Below the pieces are notes generated by a model that made no database searches, was not told where the DNA came from, and was given only the letters and a program-made list of their open reading frames with translations. From Chloroflexota bacterium (GTDB lineage Bacteria > Chloroflexota > Anaerolineae > Anaerolineales > Villigracilaceae): DNA of 54,617 bases. The stretch is from assembly GCA_017743695.1 (NCBI GenBank), contig JAGHYK010000001.1:1-54617 (forward strand). Reading direction: 5' to 3'. The translations under genes and the position numbers were made by a program. Below, piece after piece: positions 26,861-37,220 of the stretch. Position 1 is the stretch's first letter, and every line of letters begins with the position of its first letter.

Positions 26861-29572
26861 TTACAGCGCATCGCCCAGCGACCGGGCTTGTTCCAGGAGT
26901 GCCTGTGGGGAGGGGAGGTGAATGTGGAGCACGCGCCGCCCCTGTGCCAGCAGGGCCTCCATGTCGCCTAAGGCCTGGGCGTATTGAAGGGTGCCGAAGG
27001 TCAACCCCTGGCCTGGGATGGGCAAATCCTGCTCGCGTGCGGCGGTGATCACGATGAACAGGCCGCGGTTGGGACCGCCTTTGTGATATTGCCCGGTCGA
27101 GTGCAGGAAACGCGGCCCGAAACCGAGGCTGACGGCGCAGCGAGTGCGGCGGCGCAGCGCACGTTGCAGCGATTCCAGCGCTTGCTCGAACTGGGGCAGA
27201 CGCGGCAGGAAGGCGTTCAGAGCAATGAAGTCGCCGGGTTGGGCCTGGGCCAGGAATGTATCCAGAGCGCGCAGGTCGTGTTGCGCGGGGAGCGGCGAGC
27301 GCAGGGTTTCTCCCTGCTGATAGCGCGCGATCTGCTGCCGGGCGCGCACTTTGGCATCCTCCACGTTCGGCTGATCGAAGGCGTTGATTTTGAGCCTGGC
27401 ACATGCAACGGCGGTAGCAAATTCCCAGCGATAAAACTCGGCGCCCAACGCGTAGGGAGAAGCAAGGTCGAAGATCACGATGGGATGGCCAGCCTGATGC
27501 AGGGCCTCCACCTGGGGCAGGATTTCCCCTGTTGAACGGAAATAGACGAACAGCCGATCCGGGGAGTATTCCTGTGGCAGGCCAACCTGTTCGCTGACGG
27601 GCAGGATGCCTTTGCCTTCCTTGCCACTGGATTCGGCGATCAGTTGTTCGATCCAGGCGGTGAAGGGCGCGACGGGCGGATCGGCGAGCAGGGTGAGGTT
27701 CTCGTACCCCTGGAGCGCAGCCTCGGCCAGGAGCAGGCCGGTCATCAGGCCTGGATTGCGCGCCATCTCTACCGGAGGCAGGCACTGGCGACGCATGACG
27801 CGGGCCTCGCCAAGCAGACGATCTCCATCAACGCCCAGCAGGGTTGCCGGAACCAGCCCGAACGCAGAGAGCGCCGAGTAGCGCCCTCCGACGTTGGGAT
27901 CGGCCAGGAAAAGGCGGCGAAAGCCGCGTTCCTGCGCCAGCGAGGCGAGCGAAGTGCCGGGATCGGTGATGGCGATCCATTGTTCCCCATTTCCCTTTAC
28001 CTGCTCCCAGAAGTAGTTGAAGAGGGCCATCACCTCCGCCGTCCCGCCCGATTTGCTGGAGACAATGAAGAGCGTTTGATCGAGGGGAAGAGAGGCAGCT
28101 TTCGCCTGAATTTCCTGCGGGTCGGTGGTATCGAAGATGATCCCTTCCAGGCCATGCCGTTCAAAGGGGAAGCGTGCCAGCACCTCCGTAGCCAGGGAAG
28201 ATCCGCCCATGCCCAGGAGGGCGAAGTGCGTGAAGCCGGCCTGGCGAATTTCTTCGGCAAAGGCGCGATATTCAGCAAGCTGCGATGGCATCTGGATCGG
28301 AAGGTCCAACCAGGCCAATCGCCGTCGTACCTCTGCCTGTCCCTGAGCGTCCTCTGTCCACAGCGTGGCATCTCCCTGCCACAGGCGCGAGACGAAATCC
28401 TGCGCCACGGAGGCGAGATGCTCCCTGACAGGGAACTGTAGTGGTCCCAGGTGAAGGCGCTGCGCCTGCAGCCGCTGGCGCAAGGTGTTTAAGAGGGCCT
28501 CAAACGCCTCTGCGAAGGCGCGCACGCCTTCTTCTTCCAGTTCTTGCATCACCTGATCCAGGGAAATGCCAAGCGCCTCCAGCTCCTGAAAGACCTGCCG
28601 CGCCTGTTCCAGATGGTCGCGGATCGTCATTCCCAGCCGGCCATGGTCGCGGAAGGCCTCTAAGGTCTGAGGTGGCACGGTGTTAACGGTGTGTGGGCCG
28701 ATCAGGTTGTCCACGTAGAGCGTATCCGGATAGGCTGGGTTTTTGGTGCTGGTGGAGGCCCAGAGAGGTCGCTGGAGACGGGCGCCGGCTGCGGCCAGAG
28801 CCTGCCAGCGTGGCCCGGAGAAGTACTCCTCAAACAGGGCATATGCCAGACGGGCGTTGGCAATCGCTGCCTGCCCGCGCAGGGCCGCAATGCGCTCCGC
28901 CTGAGGCGGCTCCGAGCGGAGCAGGGCTTCCAGGCGCGCGTCTATTTTCGTATCCAGCCGGGAGACGAAAAAGGAGGCGACCGAGGCTATCGAGTGCAGC
29001 GGCAGGCCGGCCCTCAGGCGATCTTCCAGGCCCGCCAGATAGGCCTCGATCACCTGGCGATAGCGCTCCAGGGAAAAGATCAGGGTGACATTGACGTTGA
29101 TGCCTTTCGCAATCGCCTGGCGAATGGCAGAGAGACCCTCTGTGGTGGCAGGAATCTTGATCATCAGGTTAGGGCGGTTCACCCGCTCCCAGAGCGCCTG
29201 GGCCTGTTCCACGGTGGGCTGAGGCTGATAGGCCAGCCGCGGGTCCACTTCCAGAGAAACGTAACCATCCTCCCCTTGCGTTTGTTCGTAGAGCGGCAGG
29301 AAGAGATCGCAGGCCTCTTGAATATCTTCAACGGCAAGCTGCCAGAAGACGCGTTCCTCCTCCCAGCCGGCCCAGGCCAGCGGTTGTAATGCATCGTCAT
29401 AGTCGCTGGTTTTGGCAATGGCGTTATGGAAGATGGTGGGGTTGGAGGTCACGCCGCGAATCTCACCGTTGCGGATCAGGCGTTCCAGTTCTCCATTGCG
29501 CAACAGGCGGCGCTGGATGTTATCGTACCAGAGCGATTGACCGTATTCGATCAGGCGAGTTGTCGGGAGCAT
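26861..29572 (-). CDS. Bifunctional transaldolase / glucose-6-phosphate isomerase fusion
   Basis: 903 aa. N-terminal transaldolase (GQSLWYDNI.., GVTSNPTIF, IKIPAT). C-terminal PGI (GMGGSSL, SKSGGTAE, FDQPNVE). Confidence 0.9.
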   Translation of the reverse strand: MLPTTRLIEYGQSLWYDNIQRRLLRNGELERLIRNGEIRGVTSNPTIFHNAIAKTSDYDDALQPLAWAGWEEERVFWQLAVEDIQEACDLFLPLYEQTQGEDGYVSLEVDPRLAYQPQPTVEQAQALWERVNRPNLMIKIPATTEGLSAIRQAIAKGINVNVTLIFSLERYRQVIEAYLAGLEDRLRAGLPLHSIASVASFFVSRLDTKIDARLEALLRSEPPQAERIAALRGQAAIANARLAYALFEEYFSGPRWQALAAAGARLQRPLWASTSTKNPAYPDTLYVDNLIGPHTVNTVPPQTLEAFRDHGRLGMTIRDHLEQARQVFQELEALGISLDQVMQELEEEGVRAFAEAFEALLNTLRQRLQAQRLHLGPLQFPVREHLASVAQDFVSRLWQGDATLWTEDAQGQAEVRRRLAWLDLPIQMPSQLAEYRAFAEEIRQAGFTHFALLGMGGSSLATEVLARFPFERHGLEGIIFDTTDPQEIQAKAASLPLDQTLFIVSSKSGGTAEVMALFNYFWEQVKGNGEQWIAITDPGTSLASLAQERGFRRLFLADPNVGGRYSALSAFGLVPATLLGVDGDRLLGEARVMRRQCLPPVEMARNPGLMTGLLLAEAALQGYENLTLLADPPVAPFTAWIEQLIAESSGKEGKGILPVSEQVGLPQEYSPDRLFVYFRSTGEILPQVEALHQAGHPIVIFDLASPYALGAEFYRWEFATAVACARLKINAFDQPNVEDAKVRARQQIARYQQGETLRSPLPAQHDLRALDTFLAQAQPGDFIALNAFLPRLPQFEQALESLQRALRRRTRCAVSLGFGPRFLHSTGQYHKGGPNRGLFIVITAAREQDLPIPGQGLTFGTLQYAQALGDMEALLAQGRRVLHIHLPSPQALLEQARSLGDAL

Positions 29573-29639
29573 GGGTGTATTTTACCATGCTTGAGATACT
29601 ATAGTTTGCCGGCTGCGAGATGAAGAGAACCCATAGTGA

Positions 29640-30686
<1,047 letters not shown>

Positions 30687-30713
30687 TTTTATCTTCCGCA
30701 TAAGGAGGTTCCC

Positions 30714-32030
30714 ATGATCCTGTATGACAAGATTGCGGCCCAGTTGCCAGAATGGCGTGAGCGCGTGCGTCGCCTGACAAAAGAGCATGGGGAGGTAGTG
30801 GTAGATAAAGTGACGGTGGGACAGGTTTACGGTGGCATGCGCGATGTCAAAGTGCTGGTCACCGACATCTCCTATGTGGATCCGGCAGAAGGCATCCGCT
30901 TCCGCGGCTATTCCATTCCGGAAGTGCTCTCGCTCCTGCCCAAACCGGATGGGGCGGATATGCCCTATGTAGGAGGCCTGTATTACCTGTTGCTCACCGG
31001 CGAGATCCCGAACAAAGCGCAGGCTGAAGAGGTCGAGGCCGAATGGAGGAAGCGGGCTTCTATCCCCTCTTATGTGTATGACGTCTTGCGCGCCATGCCT
31101 CCCGAAACGCACCCGATGACCCTCTTCTCGCAGGGGATTCTCGCGCTCCAGGTCGGCTCAAAATTCGCACAGAAGTATCATCAGGGGATGAAAAAGGATG
31201 AGTACTGGGTGCCGGCGCTGGAAGATAGCCTTGACCTGACGGCGAAACTTCCCATCCTCGGCGCCTTCATCTACCGCTTGAAGTATCGGGATGGGACAGA
31301 ACCGCGCTGGGATGCCTCACTGGATTACGGGGCGAATTTCGCCCAGATGATCCAGGTGGAGAACCAGAAAGAATATGCGGAGCTGGCGCGGCTCTATTTC
31401 ATCTTGCATTCGGATCACGAATCGGGGAATGTTTCGGCGCATACCATGCATCTGGTCGGATCGGCGCTTTCGGATCCCTACCTGTCTTTCTCGGCGGCGA
31501 TGAATGGGCTGGCCGGGCCGCTGCATGGGCTGGCGAATCAGGAATGCCTGGGGTGGCTGCTGGATGTGATCCAGAAATTCGGCGGCGTGCCGACCCGTGA
31601 ACAGCTCTATCAATTCGCCTGGGATACTTTGAACGCTGGCAAGGTCATCCCCGGCTACGGTCACGCTGTGCTGCGGGTGCCCGATCCGCGCTTTACTGCC
31701 CAGATGCAATTTGCCCAGCAGCGCTTCCCGGAGGACGATCTGGTGCGTCTGGCGCAGCTGGTCTATGAGGTGGTGCCACAGGTACTCAGAGAACAGGGCA
31801 AGGCCAAGAATCCAGCCCCGAACGTGGATGCTATCAGCGGCACATTGCAATACCACTATGGCGTGCGCGAGTTTGATTTCTACACCGTGCTCTTCGGCAT
31901 TGGTCGCGCCCTGGGCGTGACGGCGAACTACGTCTGGGCACGGGCATTGGGTCAACCCATCGAGCGCCCGAAGTCGGTCACGACCCGGATGCTGGAGGAG
32001 ATCGTCGAAAAGGCGTTGCAGGTCGCCTGA
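30714..32030 (+). CDS. gltA: Citrate synthase
   Basis: HSDHESGNVSAHT, GPLHGLANQE, PGYGHAVLRVPDPR, NVDAISG. RBS AAGGAGG upstream. Confidence 0.9.
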   Translation: MILYDKIAAQLPEWRERVRRLTKEHGEVVVDKVTVGQVYGGMRDVKVLVTDISYVDPAEGIRFRGYSIPEVLSLLPKPDGADMPYVGGLYYLLLTGEIPNKAQAEEVEAEWRKRASIPSYVYDVLRAMPPETHPMTLFSQGILALQVGSKFAQKYHQGMKKDEYWVPALEDSLDLTAKLPILGAFIYRLKYRDGTEPRWDASLDYGANFAQMIQVENQKEYAELARLYFILHSDHESGNVSAHTMHLVGSALSDPYLSFSAAMNGLAGPLHGLANQECLGWLLDVIQKFGGVPTREQLYQFAWDTLNAGKVIPGYGHAVLRVPDPRFTAQMQFAQQRFPEDDLVRLAQLVYEVVPQVLREQGKAKNPAPNVDAISGTLQYHYGVREFDFYTVLFGIGRALGVTANYVWARALGQPIERPKSVTTRMLEEIVEKALQVA

Positions 32031-32052
32031 ACGCTTTGGGGATATTGAACAG

Positions 32053-32086
32053 AAAGGCAACCATTCTTCACAGGATGGTTGCCTTT
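32053..32086 (+). terminator. Stem-loop downstream of gltA
   Basis: Perfect 12-bp stem AAAGGCAACCAT (32053-32064) / ATGGTTGCCTTT (32075-32086) with a 10-nt loop. The trailing T-tract is short (TTT), so intrinsic-terminator status is moderate. Confidence 0.6.
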
Positions 32087-32095
32087 CATGTTATA

Positions 32096-32512
32096 ATGAG
32101 AAAGATGAATACAAACGCTGCTTCTTCCAACCAATCGGCTCGCCTGCGATGGATACTGATAGGGGGAGGTATCCTGTTCCTGGTGTTATCCGGCCTGGCC
32201 ATCTATGCTTTGCTTCAGCCTTCCACGCCCACGGAGCGCATTCGGGATATTTTCATCATTATCCTGGCGCTGGAATCGCTGGTCATTGGCGCGGCCTTAA
32301 TCGTGCTGCTGATCCAGATGGCGATCCTGATCAACCTGCTCCAAAACGAGGTGCGGCCAATCCTGCAGGCGACGCAAGATACCGTGAACAACCTGCGGGG
32401 AACGGCGCAGTTTCTGGGAGAAAATGTCGTGGAGCCGGTGCTCAGGCTGAACAGCTACCTGGCTGGGATTCAACGTGTGATACAATTGCTCGGGATCAAG
32501 CAGAAATTCTAA
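32096..32512 (+). CDS. Membrane-anchored coiled-coil protein (DUF948-like, tentative)
   Basis: Two hydrophobic helices, then LLQNEVRPILQATQDTVNNLRGTAQFLGENV. Placement next to a YtxH gene matches the common DUF948-YtxH pairing. The start (32096 or 32105) lies after the gltA terminator hairpin. Confidence 0.45.
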   Translation: MRKMNTNAASSNQSARLRWILIGGGILFLVLSGLAIYALLQPSTPTERIRDIFIIILALESLVIGAALIVLLIQMAILINLLQNEVRPILQATQDTVNNLRGTAQFLGENVVEPVLRLNSYLAGIQRVIQLLGIKQKF

Positions 32513-32528
32513 GAAAGGAGTATTTCCT

Positions 32529-32915
32529 ATGTCTGAACGTGATGAATTTGGTGCTTTTCTGGTAGGGTTTATTGTCGGTGGCCTGACGGGTGCCATCGTC
32601 GCCTTGCTCTTTGCACCGCAATCCGGAGGGGAGACGCGTGCACTGATCCGTGAGAAGGGGATTGAGCTACGCGATCGGGCAACAGAATCGGCAGAGGAGG
32701 CGCTGGTCCGCGCGGAAGCAGCAGCGGCAGAAGCCCGCGCCCGCGCCGAAGAGTTGACCCGTGAGGCCCGCGCTCGCGCGGAGGAGCTGGCCCGTGAGAC
32801 GCGCGCCCGCGCCGAAGAACTCGCGGAGAAGGCACGTGAAAAGGGCGAGAGGGTCATCGGCTCGGTGCGCCGCAAGAGCGGCGAAGCTCCCTCTGAAACC
32901 TCCGCCGAAGCCTGA
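32529..32915 (+). CDS. YtxH-domain protein with ARARAEEL repeats
   Basis: FLVGFIVGGLTGAIVALLFAPQSGGETR is the YtxH N-terminal signature. It is followed by an Ala/Arg/Glu-rich coiled coil. Confidence 0.7.
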   Translation: MSERDEFGAFLVGFIVGGLTGAIVALLFAPQSGGETRALIREKGIELRDRATESAEEALVRAEAAAAEARARAEELTREARARAEELARETRARAEELAEKAREKGERVIGSVRRKSGEAPSETSAEA

Positions 32916-32944
32916 GTGTTCGCCTTCGTAACCTTTGCTTCAGA

Positions 32945-32979
32945 AACGGGTTTGCGCCTGCAAACCCGTTGTTGCTTTT
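32945..32979 (+). terminator. Rho-independent terminator after the YtxH gene
   Basis: 11-bp stem AACGGGTTTGC / GCAAACCCGTT with loop GCCT, followed by GTTGCTTTT. Confidence 0.7.
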
Positions 32980-33579
32980 ATGCGTCTGCTCCTGCGCGGC
33001 TTCTTTTATCTGCTTTATCATCCCCTGGCCGGTCTCTACGATCTCGTGGCGGCCCTGGTTTCTGGCGGTCGCTGGAAGCAATGGATTGCGCTCGTTCTCC
33101 CTTATGTGGAGGGGACGCGGGTATTGGAACTCGGTCATGGGCCGGGACATTTGCAAAAAATGCTCAGTGAGCAGGGTTTTCAGCCTTTTGGGGTGGATGC
33201 TTCGCGCTCGATGGGACGGCTGGCGCGGCGCAATGCAGGGAAAACTGCCAGGCTGGTTCAGGCCAGGGCGCAGGCCCTGCCGTTCCCCGAGGCGAGTTTC
33301 CCTTGCGTCGTCGCCACCTTTCCGACGGAATATATTCTTCACCCTGACACACTGAGCGAAGCGCGACGGGTGTTACAGACAGGGGGGAAGTTCATCGTCT
33401 TGCCGGGCGTGGCCTTTCGACCTGCTTCCTGGAGCTGGGAATGGCTGCGACGACTCTGGGAGGTGACGGGACAGACCGCACAGTTCCCTGTGCCTGCCGG
33501 GGCGCTGGATTGGGAAGTTCTGCGCCTGCCACAGGGACCTGTCGAGGTGATCCTGTGGATCGGGACGAAGAGAGAGTGA
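32980..33579 (+). CDS. Class I SAM-dependent methyltransferase
   Basis: Motif I VLELGHGPGHL and post-I FGVDAS. Start ATG 32980 lies directly after the upstream terminator hairpin. Confidence 0.7.
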   Translation: MRLLLRGFFYLLYHPLAGLYDLVAALVSGGRWKQWIALVLPYVEGTRVLELGHGPGHLQKMLSEQGFQPFGVDASRSMGRLARRNAGKTARLVQARAQALPFPEASFPCVVATFPTEYILHPDTLSEARRVLQTGGKFIVLPGVAFRPASWSWEWLRRLWEVTGQTAQFPVPAGALDWEVLRLPQGPVEVILWIGTKRE

Positions 33580-33693
33580 TCCTGGAGGATCCCCTGATCC
33601 CATGAGGCAGCGCAGCCGCAGGCGCAGGGATCGGCTTCAGGCTGGTTGCGAAGGCGCAGGGGGAAGGCAGGAAGGCGCGGCAAGATTGGCCGG

Positions 33694-34164
33694 TCAGGGA
33701 ACGGTGTAATTCAGGCGCGGCGTGCCTGTACGGTCGAATAACATCAATGTTTCACCGCTTTCCCAAATTGCCTGCGGCAATCCCCAGAAGAGGTCTATGG
33801 GGGTATCTGTGCCCTGGGTGGTGTGAAGTTGCACGGCGCCGCCCGATGCCAGGGTGAAGTTCGGAAAAACGTACACGAACCCGTCTTCGTCCTTGATGCG
33901 CCAGCCGCTCAGGTCGAGGGAGAGCGGGCCATTGTATTGCAATACCACGCGTTCATTTTCCAGATCCCCGGCGCCTAAGACGACAACCTGGAGCGTGTTC
34001 GAGGGGAGCGCAGCCGGCGTGATGGGAGTGAGGGGGGTCGCGATGGACGGAGGGATGGCCGCGTTCCGATAGAGGCGATCGTAGACGTACAGGATGCTCA
34101 CCGTGACCAGCGCCGAGACCAGCGCGTTGATCAGCAGATAGAGCAACCAGCGTTTGCGTGTCAT
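33694..34164 (-). CDS. Membrane-anchored lamin-tail-domain (LTD) protein
   Basis: N-terminal TM helix, then GDLENERVVLQYNGPLSLDLSGWRIKDEDGFVYVFPNFTLASGGAVQLHT, an LTD-like pattern. Confidence 0.55.
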   Translation of the reverse strand: MTRKRWLLYLLINALVSALVTVSILYVYDRLYRNAAIPPSIATPLTPITPAALPSNTLQVVVLGAGDLENERVVLQYNGPLSLDLSGWRIKDEDGFVYVFPNFTLASGGAVQLHTTQGTDTPIDLFWGLPQAIWESGETLMLFDRTGTPRLNYTVP

Positions 34165-34166
34165 CG

Positions 34167-35156
34167 TTACTCGTTGAACATCTCTCCCACACTGCGCCCT
34201 TCATGGGCACGCAGGATCACCTCGCCGAGCATCGGGGCCACGGACAGGATGGTGATCTTGTCCTTGAGGTAGCGCATTTTTTCGGGCGGGATGGGAATGG
34301 TATCGGTGGTGATAATACCCTGGATCGGGAGCGAGGCCAGCCGCTCGGCAGCGTTGCGTGAGAGCACCGGATGGACAAAGGCCAGGTAAACGTTGCGGGC
34401 GCCGTGTTCCCTGACCACCATCGTCGCCTGGGAGATCGAGCCGCCGGTATCTACTTCGTCATCCACAATGATCACGTCGCGGCCCTCCACCTCGCCGATC
34501 AGCGTCAGTGCTTCGGCGCGCGCTTCATTGGCGATGCGTCTTTTCTCTACGAAGGCGATCGGCGTATCCAGGGCGGCGGCGTAGTTCCGCCCGCGTTTGG
34601 CGAAGCCGAGATCGGCGGCCACAACCACCGGCTTGATCATGTGCGGCAGCAGGTTTTTCCGAATGTGTTGCACAATGAGATGGGTGGCGGTGAGCACATC
34701 CCCAGGGATGGAGAAGAAGCCCTGAATTTGCCCGGCATGGGGATCGAGGGTAATATAGCGATCGGCGCCTGCCACTTCGATCATGTCGGCTACCAGGCGA
34801 GCGGTGATGGGGACGCGGGGCTGATCTTTCTTATCCGAGCGCCCATAGCACAGATAAGGGATAACGGCGGTGATACGCGCCGCGGAGTCCAGGCGCAGGG
34901 TCTGGATCAGGATGAGTAGTTCCATCAGGTTGCGATGTACCGGCGATGCGGTGTGTTGGATCACGTAGGTATCTTGCCCGCGCACGCTTTGCTTGAGCTT
35001 GACGAACAGGTTCTCGTTGGGGAATTCAATGATCTCACGCTCACACAGTTCGAGCTTCAGGTAGCTGGCGATTTTTTGAGCCAGTTCTGGCGACCCGGTG
35101 CCGCCGAAGAGCTTGATGCTTCCGTAAATTTTCATTTCATGATGCTGCAATGACAT
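34167..35156 (-). CDS. prs: Ribose-phosphate pyrophosphokinase
   Basis: DPHAGQIQGFFSIP, PRPP loop VIIVDDEVDTGGS, and overall Prs length. Confidence 0.95.
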   Translation of the reverse strand: MSLQHHEMKIYGSIKLFGGTGSPELAQKIASYLKLELCEREIIEFPNENLFVKLKQSVRGQDTYVIQHTASPVHRNLMELLILIQTLRLDSAARITAVIPYLCYGRSDKKDQPRVPITARLVADMIEVAGADRYITLDPHAGQIQGFFSIPGDVLTATHLIVQHIRKNLLPHMIKPVVVAADLGFAKRGRNYAAALDTPIAFVEKRRIANEARAEALTLIGEVEGRDVIIVDDEVDTGGSISQATMVVREHGARNVYLAFVHPVLSRNAAERLASLPIQGIITTDTIPIPPEKMRYLKDKITILSVAPMLGEVILRAHEGRSVGEMFNE

Positions 35157-35165
35157 GGGTGCACC

Positions 35166-35708
35166 TCATTTTCTCCGTTGTTCCCATTCGGGGCGCAGGA
35201 TGGACAGGATCAGCACATCGTGGTATTTTCCTTCACTATAGCGCGCCTGGCGCAGGCGTCCCTCCAGGACGAAACCGCACTTCTCGTAAGCCCGAATGGC
35301 ACGCCGATTGAATTCGTAAACGTGCAGGTACACACGATGCAGGTTCAGGGTCTCAAAGGCGTGGCGGCAGAGCAGGAATACCGCCTCGCTGCCATATCCC
35401 TGGTTCCAGTAGCTTTTATCGCCGATGAAAATACCCAATTCAGCGGAAGCGTTGATCCAGTCTATCTTGAACAGCCGGCAGTTCCCGATTAGCTTCCAGT
35501 CGCTCTCTTCACGTACCTCGATGGCCAGGGGACGTTCAGCAGGGTGGGTTTGCATGACTTCTGCAAACCATTTTTCTTCTTCCTCCAGGGAGAGTGGGAA
35601 ACGGACATACAGCGTGCGATATACTTCCGGATCGTTGAGCCATTGGACGAAGAAGGGTAAATCGCGACGCTCGATGGCGCGCAGGCGAATGCGCTCTCCG
35701 TAGATCAT
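35166..35708 (-). CDS. GNAT N-acetyltransferase (RimJ/RimL-like)
   Basis: IRLRAIERRDLPFFVQWLNDPEV.., WNQGYGSEAV.., RAIRAYEKCGF. It overlaps meaB by 4 nt. Confidence 0.8.
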   Translation of the reverse strand: MIYGERIRLRAIERRDLPFFVQWLNDPEVYRTLYVRFPLSLEEEEKWFAEVMQTHPAERPLAIEVREESDWKLIGNCRLFKIDWINASAELGIFIGDKSYWNQGYGSEAVFLLCRHAFETLNLHRVYLHVYEFNRRAIRAYEKCGFVLEGRLRQARYSEGKYHDVLILSILRPEWEQRRK

Positions 35709-36715
35709 CCCTGCCTCCGATCCACCAATAGATGAACCGCATCCCAGGGGGAAAGTTCGCGAGCCAGTACCTGTTGCAGTACCTGTTCATAGATTTGGGG
35801 AGCAATGCGGGAGCGAAACTGGTGGAGCAGGGTTTCGCGCAGCAGGTCTTCCAGCTCGGCTTGCAGGCGAGCGCGCTCACGCGCTTCCCAATCGCCGCTC
35901 TCGATCAGGTGCTGGCGATGGCGGGCAATGGATTCCACCAGCTCGGCGATTCCTTTGCCCTCCGTGGCAACCGTACGATGGATGGGAGGAATCCAGGAGT
36001 TATATTGGGGGGCGGCGGCCGCGGCCTCGACCACTTCGATTTTCCCGTGGTGCCGAAAGACATGGCGCAGCGGATGGCTAAGCTCCAGCATGTTTCTCAG
36101 GGCCTTTTCCGTGCTTTCCACGCCGGGGCGGTCGGCTTTGTTGATAACCAGAATATCGGCAATTTCCAGGATGCCCGCTTTGATCGCCTGGATGTCGTCC
36201 CCCAGGCCTGGCGCTTCGACCACGAGGGTGGTATGAGCCAGGCGGGCGATGTCCACTTCGTTCTGCCCTGCGCCGACCGTTTCGATGAAGATGATCTCAT
36301 ACCCGGCCGCATCAAAGACCTGGGCCAGGGCTGCCGTGGTTTGTGCCAGCCCGCCCAGGGAGCCGCGTGAAGCCATGGAGCGGATGAAAATGCCGCTATC
36401 GCCGCTCAGATCGCGCATTCGCACCCGGTCGCCCAGGACTGCTCCGCCGCTGAAGGGGCTGGTGGGGTCCACGGCAATAATGGCCACCCGCGGCGCAGGC
36501 TGCACCTCGCGGCGGTAATGCAAGGCCAGACGATTGACCAGGGAGGATTTACCGGTGCCGGGCGCGCCGGTCACGCCGATCAGATGGGCGCGTCCTGTGT
36601 GTGGGAAGAGCTGGCTGAGCGCCTCAATCCCCTCGGGGTGTTGATTTTCGACGCGGGTGAGCAGACGGGAAAGTGCCAGGCGATCCCCGGCCAGGACTGC
36701 ATCAACAAGGTTCAT
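35705..36715 (-). CDS. meaB: Methylmalonyl-CoA mutase-associated G3E GTPase MeaB/ArgK
   Basis: P-loop GAPGTGKSS, IIFIETVGAGQNE, switch/NKAD motif VINKADR. Confidence 0.9.
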   Translation of the reverse strand: MNLVDAVLAGDRLALSRLLTRVENQHPEGIEALSQLFPHTGRAHLIGVTGAPGTGKSSLVNRLALHYRREVQPAPRVAIIAVDPTSPFSGGAVLGDRVRMRDLSGDSGIFIRSMASRGSLGGLAQTTAALAQVFDAAGYEIIFIETVGAGQNEVDIARLAHTTLVVEAPGLGDDIQAIKAGILEIADILVINKADRPGVESTEKALRNMLELSHPLRHVFRHHGKIEVVEAAAAAPQYNSWIPPIHRTVATEGKGIAELVESIARHRQHLIESGDWEARERARLQAELEDLLRETLLHQFRSRIAPQIYEQVLQQVLARELSPWDAVHLLVDRRQG

Positions 36716-36724
36716 GGGATTTCC

Positions 36725-37132
36725 TCAAGCCGGCGTGCCCAGGACGGCGGCACGAATATCGCGAATAATATCCTCGGTGAGCGCGCCAGGACCATAGACC
36801 GCGGTCACGCCCATTTCCAGCAGGCGAGGCACGTCTTCATCTGGAATGATTCCTCCCACAAACACCTTTACATGTTCCTGACCGTTTTGTCGCAGTAATT
36901 CTAACACGCGCGGCACAAGTTCCATGTGCGCTCCTGAAAGGATAGATAACCCAACCACATCTACATCCTCCTGGAGCGCGGCTTCCGCGATCATCTCTGG
37001 CGTCTGGCGCAACCCGGTATAGATCACCTCCATCCCGGCATCGCGCAACGCACGTGCGACCACCTTCGCCCCTCGGTCATGTCCATCCAACCCTGGTTTG
37101 GCTACCAGGACTCGAATTTTCCGTTCTTCCAT
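36725..37132 (-). CDS. Methylmalonyl-CoA mutase small subunit (cobalamin-binding domain)
   Basis: 135 aa with B12-binding DxHxxG ([13 protein letters not shown]), GLSILSGAH and VFVGGIIP. Confidence 0.85.
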   Translation of the reverse strand: MEERKIRVLVAKPGLDGHDRGAKVVARALRDAGMEVIYTGLRQTPEMIAEAALQEDVDVVGLSILSGAHMELVPRVLELLRQNGQEHVKVFVGGIIPDEDVPRLLEMGVTAVYGPGALTEDIIRDIRAAVLGTPA

Positions 37133-37220
37133 GCGTCACCTCCGTGAGAACATGCGACCGCTTTGATTGTTAAGGGTTTCACTATGATTATAACCGAGAA
37201 TCGGCGCGCCTTTGTGTGTT

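Noticed and set aside
26820-27785. 321-aa minus-strand ORF (Arg/Pro-rich), plus several plus-strand ORFs at 27644-29389
   Set aside because: They are overlapping or antisense frames of the transaldolase/PGI fusion gene, which has clear catalytic motifs. Their composition is typical of off-frame GC-rich DNA.
32092-32105. Perfect TATAAT at 32092-32097, 7 nt before ATG 32105, suggesting a leaderless transcript for the DUF948-like gene
   Set aside because: There is no acceptable -35 element at the right spacing, and the hexamer overlaps the alternative ATG at 32096. This is too weak to call without TSS data.
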